Assembly (NCBI GenBank): GCA_000091165.1
Contig: FP565575.1
Coordinates: 420,001 to 452,000, forward strand
DNA: 32,000 bases
Direction of reading: 5' to 3'
DNA from: Candidatus Methylomirabilis oxygeniifera
GTDB lineage: Bacteria > Methylomirabilota > Methylomirabilia > Methylomirabilales > Methylomirabilaceae
The notes under the pieces are model-generated. The model was not told the DNA's origin and ran no database searches. It saw only the letters and a program-made list of their open reading frames with translations. The position numbers were made by a program, and so were the translations under genes. Shown piece after piece: positions 27,956-32,000 of the stretch (the stretch's first letter is position 1; each line of letters opens with the position of its first letter).

Positions 27956-28906
27956 ATGAAAGAGCGATCAGTCGGGAGGTTTGTGCAAGGCGCCGCCCTT
28001 TGTCTCGCGTCTCTCATGCTCGCGCTGGTCGGCGGAATGATCCCTGTTGCCGGGAGCTTTTTCAGTCTACTGACCCCCCTGCCGCTTATTCTCCTGTCCT
28101 TGAGAGGTGGTCGAGTTGTTGCCCTGCTTGGAGTATGTGCTGTAGGGATCGGTGTCGCCGGCCTCTTGGGTTTCGGACATGCCTGGTTCTTCTATATTCA
28201 ATTCGGCCTGCCTGCGATGGTGCTGGCGGAGGCTATCCGCCGCCAGTGGGCCCCTGAGATATCGGTCGCCGTAGGAAGTCTGACCGTCGTTGCAGGCGCT
28301 TTGGTCGGTCTTTTCATCCTGGCTTGGGGCGCGGGCGGATCGATGCTGGATTTCCTGACGCATCGGCTCGACATCGCCGTACGAGACGCGATGGAGCTGT
28401 ACGCCAGGATGGGCGTGTCTCCGGATGAGGTTGGCCCGCTGGCAGGATCGGGCGAGGAGATACGAAGACTTCTGCTTACAACGGCGCCCGGCCTCTTCAT
28501 GGCGGCGGCGCTGCTCAGCACCTCAGTCAACTTCTTTCTGGCAAAGAGGGGATCGACCCCTGTCACTGTATCCGGGGGTCTGACTCCGGTATTTACCTGG
28601 AGAGTTCCGGACTGGCTGGTGTGGGTGTTCATTGGATCTGTCGTCCTGCTGCTGAGTGGCCTGCCGATTGCGAGAGAGATCGGGTTCAACGGGCTGCTCG
28701 TCATGATGACGGTCTATTTTCTGCAGGGTCTGGCGATTGCCACGTTCTGGATTCGCCGGCTGAGACTGTCGCCGTTCGTCGGATTTTTGGGTGTTGCACT
28801 GTTGTTTCTTCAGCCCCTGCTGTTGCTCCTCGTCACGTTGGTCGGGCTGTTCGATATCTGGGTCGTTTTTCGCCGGCATTCGCTTCCGAGACCCCCTGAC
28901 GCGTAG
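27956..28906 (+). CDS. DUF2232-like multi-pass membrane protein
   Basis: Repeated hydrophobic segments with polar breaks; located between rpsR and rplI as in many bacteria. Start trimmed to ATG 27956. Confidence 0.8.
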   Translation: MKERSVGRFVQGAALCLASLMLALVGGMIPVAGSFFSLLTPLPLILLSLRGGRVVALLGVCAVGIGVAGLLGFGHAWFFYIQFGLPAMVLAEAIRRQWAPEISVAVGSLTVVAGALVGLFILAWGAGGSMLDFLTHRLDIAVRDAMELYARMGVSPDEVGPLAGSGEEIRRLLLTTAPGLFMAAALLSTSVNFFLAKRGSTPVTVSGGLTPVFTWRVPDWLVWVFIGSVVLLLSGLPIAREIGFNGLLVMMTVYFLQGLAIATFWIRRLRLSPFVGFLGVALLFLQPLLLLLVTLVGLFDIWVVFRRHSLPRPPDA

Positions 28907-28946
28907 AGCGCGACGGGTGAGGCAGTACGGAGGAGGTCACACACTG

Positions 28947-29396
28947 ATGAAAATCGTTCTGTTGGAACAAGTGGAGAAGGTGGGTTCTGCTGGTGATCAG
29001 GTTGAAGTGGCGGACGGCTACGCGCGGAATTTTCTGATCCCGACGCGCAAGGCGGTTGCGGCGACCTCCGCCAACATTAAGTCGCTGAATCATCTGATTC
29101 GACAGAATACGGAGCGTGAGGACAGGGTTCGTCATGCGGCGGAGACGACGGCCGGCCGGATCGCAGAGCTGCACTGCACGATCGCGCGCCGGGCCGGCGA
29201 GCAGGATCGACTCTTCGGTGCCGTCACCAACCAGGACATCTGTGCCGCCCTGGCCGCCCAGGGACTGGAGATGGATCGGCGAATGATTCTCCTGCAGGAT
29301 CCGATCAAGGCGCTCGGCAGCTACAGCATTCCCATCCGTTTGCACCCTGAGGTCGTTGCCGAACTTCGGCTGACCGTCGAGCGCGAAGAAGGCTGA
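28947..29396 (+). CDS. rplI: 50S ribosomal protein L9
   Basis: MKIVLLEQVEKVGSAGDQVEVADGYARNFLIPTRKAVAAT; SD-like GGAGGAGG upstream. Confidence 0.96.
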   Translation: MKIVLLEQVEKVGSAGDQVEVADGYARNFLIPTRKAVAATSANIKSLNHLIRQNTEREDRVRHAAETTAGRIAELHCTIARRAGEQDRLFGAVTNQDICAALAAQGLEMDRRMILLQDPIKALGSYSIPIRLHPEVVAELRLTVEREEG

Positions 29397-29400
29397 GTCG

Positions 29401-30810
29401 GTGAGGCAACGAATCATGCCGGAATCGACCCTGGATCGGCGTGAGACAGGCGGGGAGCGTGTTCCGCCGCAGAATCTTGAGGCCGAGATGTCGGTCCTCG
29501 GGGCGGTTCTGCAAAGCAGCGAGGCGTTCATGAAGTGTCTCGAACTGCTGCGACCGGAGCAGTTTTACCGTGACGCGCACCGCAAGATCTTCGCTGCCGC
29601 CACCGGACTGTTCGGACGGGGCGAGCCGGTCGATCTCATCACGATCACCAATGAGCTTCGCCGCCGCGGCGAACTTGACGAGGTGGGCTCCTCGGCGTTC
29701 CTCGCCTCACTGGTGGATGCCGTCCCCACGGGTGCGAACGTCGCCTACCATGCGCGGATCGTTCGAGACAAGGCGCTACTGCGTCAGTTGATCGCCGTGG
29801 CCACCGATATCGTTGGGCTCGGCTTTGCCGACCAGGAGGAAGCGGACCAGGTTCTTGAACAGGCTGAGCAGCAGATCTTTGAATTGTCGGAAGATCGGGT
29901 ACGGCGCGCCTTCCTGCCGTTGAAGTTGATTTTGAAGGATACCTTTGAACAGGTGGAGAAGTTGTTTGACCGCAGGACACAGGTCACCGGGGTGCCTACG
30001 GGGTTCGAGGATCTCGATATGAAAACGGCAGGCCTCCAGCCGTCGGAGCTGGTCATCATCGCCGGCCGTCCCTCGATGGGTAAGACGAGTTTTGCTCTGA
30101 ACATCGCGAGAAATGCCGCAATCGGAGAACAGATACCGGTCGGCATCTTCAGCCTGGAGATGTCGAAGGAGCAGGTGGTCCAGCGGTTGCTGTCCTCTGA
30201 GGCCGAGGTCGACTCCAATAGGATCAGAACGGGGTGGCTGCGTGAGAGCGATTGGCCGAAGTTGACCAACGCGGCCGGCCATCTCTCAGAGGCGCCCATC
30301 TTCATTGATGACTCGGCTGCGCTTTCGGTCATCGAACTTCGGGCGAAGGCGCGGAGACTGAAAGCCGAGCAGAACATCGGGATGGTGGTGATCGACTACC
30401 TGCAGCTTATCTCAGGCCGTTCCCGATCCGAGAATCGTCAGCAGGAGGTGTCGGAGATCTGTCGGTCCCTGAAGGCGATGGCGAAGGAGTTAAAGGTTCC
30501 GGTTGTCGCGCTGTCGCAACTTGCGCGGCGGACCGAGGAGCGGGAGCGACCGCAGCTATCGGACCTTCGGGAGTCCGGCGCCATTGAGCAGGACTCGGAT
30601 GTCGTGATGTTTTTGTACCGGCCCGGGTACTATCAGGCCAGGAAGGCCGGGGGCCCGGATCCGGAGCGGGACACCAAGACCGAGATCATCATTGCCAAGC
30701 AACGGAACGGCCCGACCGGGACCGTGGAGTTGGCCTTTCTCAGGGAGTACGTTAAGTTCGGCTCACTCGACCTTGTCCATCAAGATCCGGATGAGGCGGA
30801 GGAGATGTGA
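29401..30810 (+). CDS. dnaB: Replicative DNA helicase DnaB
   Basis: VPPQNLEAEMSVLGAVL, IIAGRPSMGKTSFALNIARNAA, FSLEMSKEQVVQRLLSSEAEVDSNRIRTG, VIDYLQLISGRSRSENRQQEVSEICRSLKAMAKELKVPVVALSQL. No intein seen. GTG 29401 or ATG 29416. Confidence 0.96.
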   Translation: MRQRIMPESTLDRRETGGERVPPQNLEAEMSVLGAVLQSSEAFMKCLELLRPEQFYRDAHRKIFAAATGLFGRGEPVDLITITNELRRRGELDEVGSSAFLASLVDAVPTGANVAYHARIVRDKALLRQLIAVATDIVGLGFADQEEADQVLEQAEQQIFELSEDRVRRAFLPLKLILKDTFEQVEKLFDRRTQVTGVPTGFEDLDMKTAGLQPSELVIIAGRPSMGKTSFALNIARNAAIGEQIPVGIFSLEMSKEQVVQRLLSSEAEVDSNRIRTGWLRESDWPKLTNAAGHLSEAPIFIDDSAALSVIELRAKARRLKAEQNIGMVVIDYLQLISGRSRSENRQQEVSEICRSLKAMAKELKVPVVALSQLARRTEERERPQLSDLRESGAIEQDSDVVMFLYRPGYYQARKAGGPDPERDTKTEIIIAKQRNGPTGTVELAFLREYVKFGSLDLVHQDPDEAEEM

Positions 30811-30819
30811 CGGGTCGCT

Positions 30820-30883
30820 GATCAACGTTCAACGTGCGATGTTCAATGTTCAACTGTGAATCTTGAACGTTCAACGGTTCAGC
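30820..30883 (-). repeat. Longer heptad-period array (GTTGAAC-type units)
   Basis: Plus strand reads GATCAAC GTTCAAC GTGCGAT GTTCAAT GTTCAAC TGTGAAT CTTGAAC GTTCAAC G GTTCAGC: eight in-phase 7-nt units, one spacer base, then a ninth; between dnaB and radA. Confidence 0.75.
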
Positions 30884-30908
30884 GCGCCACCGCGGGAAGA
30901 GAGGAGTG

Positions 30909-32000
30909 ATGGCCAAGAGTCCGACCCACTACCTCTGCCAGAGCTGCGGCTATCAGACGGTTCGCTGGATGGGTCGCTGCCCGGATTGCGGAGAGTGGGC
31001 AAGCCTGTTGGAGGAGCGCGCCACGAATGACCGCGATCGCGGTCGTCGTGTCGTCACATCCTCGGCTTCGCACTGTGCAACACCGATCACCGCCGTCGAT
31101 AGCGGCGCACTCAACCGGGTGAGCACCGGCCTGGCGGAGCTGGATCGGGTGCTGGGGGGCGGGATCGTCCCCGGCTCGTTTGTGCTCTTGAGCGGTGATC
31201 CGGGCATCGGTAAGTCAACCCTGCTCCTTCAGGCGTCAATGCAGGTCGCGCAGAAGGACGGGGTCGTGCTGTATGTCTCCGGCGAGGAATCGCTTCAGCA
31301 GACTCGATCCAGGGCAAGCAGACTGGGTCCGCTTTCCGATCGTCTTCTCCTGCTCGCCGAGACCTCCCTCCAGATGATTCTTGAACAGACCGACCGGATT
31401 CGACCAACCATCCTGGTGATCGATTCTATCCAAACCATTACGTCAGACGATCTGGAGTCCCCCCCTGGCAGTTTCAGCCAGGTGCGCGAAGCGGCCGTTG
31501 GACTGATGGCGCTTGCGAAGGAGAAGGGGATCAGTACCGTGATCATCGGCCATATCACCAAGGAAGGGGCCATCGCAGGCCCGAAGGCGATGGAACACCT
31601 GGTCGACGCTGTTGTATTTATGGAAGGGGAGGGGCATCAGATTCATCGCCTGCTCCGAACTGTCAAGAATCGTTTTGGCCCTACCCCTGAGGTCGGTGTA
31701 TTCGAGATGACGGCGTCCGGCCTGCAAGAACTCGCAAATCCGTCGGAGGTGTTTCTCGCTCAACGCCCATCCGGGGCGCCGGGCTCAGTTGTGATTCCAA
31801 CTCTGGAGGGAAGCCGACCGCTGCTTGTGGAACTGCAAGCGTTGGTGGCTGCGCCAAGCGCTCCAATCTCCAGACGGGTGTTCAATGGAGTGGAGAGCAA
31901 CCGGGGCATGCTGCTGCTCGCTGTACTGGAAAAGCGGCTCGGCTTGCCGCTCAGCGCGTGCGATGTGTACGTCAATGTTGTGGGGGGCATCAGGGTGGGG
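30909..32000 (+). CDS. radA: DNA repair protein RadA (Sms), 3' truncated by window end; absent from the supplied ORF track
   Basis: Open frame of 364 codons from ATG 30909: zinc finger YLCQSCGYQTVRWMGRCPDCGEW, Walker A GDPGIGKSTLL, VLYVSGEES, GHITKEGAIAGPKAMEHLVD, KNRFGPTPEVGVFEM. Confidence 0.95.
   Translation, partial: MAKSPTHYLCQSCGYQTVRWMGRCPDCGEWASLLEERATNDRDRGRRVVTSSASHCATPITAVDSGALNRVSTGLAELDRVLGGGIVPGSFVLLSGDPGIGKSTLLLQASMQVAQKDGVVLYVSGEESLQQTRSRASRLGPLSDRLLLLAETSLQMILEQTDRIRPTILVIDSIQTITSDDLESPPGSFSQVREAAVGLMALAKEKGISTVIIGHITKEGAIAGPKAMEHLVDAVVFMEGEGHQIHRLLRTVKNRFGPTPEVGVFEMTASGLQELANPSEVFLAQRPSGAPGSVVIPTLEGSRPLLVELQALVAAPSAPISRRVFNGVESNRGMLLLAVLEKRLGLPLSACDVYVNVVGGIRVG

Noticed and set aside
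30820-30883. Possible CRISPR array from the GTTCAAC repeats
   Set aside because: Units are contiguous 7-mers with no spacers, far shorter than CRISPR repeats, and no cas genes are present.

Overview
The window is a gene-dense, mostly housekeeping chromosomal segment of a moderately high-GC Gram-negative-type bacterium. It has an outer-membrane/Tol system; an NC10/deltaproteobacteria-like lineage is only a guess. Blocks in order: (1) HD-GYP response regulator (cut by the window start), a HAMP-GAF histidine kinase, and a receiver protein with a degenerate HisKA-like tail; (2) HAD hydrolase; (3) a minus-strand sugar-phosphate cluster: DUF2064 glycosyltransferase-like, glk, pgl, zwf, short-form gnd, pgi; (4) a small orphan ORF, then BamE/SmpA-like lipoprotein, tolQ, tolR, tolA/tonB-like, tolB, pal, cpoB; (5) DUF2127 membrane protein and leuB (minus strand); (6) engB, TPR lipoprotein, LolB/LolA-fold-like lipoprotein, ispE (frameshifted as sequenced), tRNA-Gln(TTG), prs, rplY/ctc, pth; (7) rpsF, ssb, rpsR, DUF2232 membrane protein, rplI, dnaB, radA (cut by the window end and missing from the ORF track). 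I see no mobile element, CRISPR, phage or defence island. The least explained signals are a dispersed family of degenerate 7-nt-period intergenic repeats (core NCTGANN / NTTGANN) at four loci, a receiver protein whose HisKA-like H-box has Asp in place of His, and the ispE frameshift beside T8/G6 homopolymers. No convincing new multi-gene system was found.
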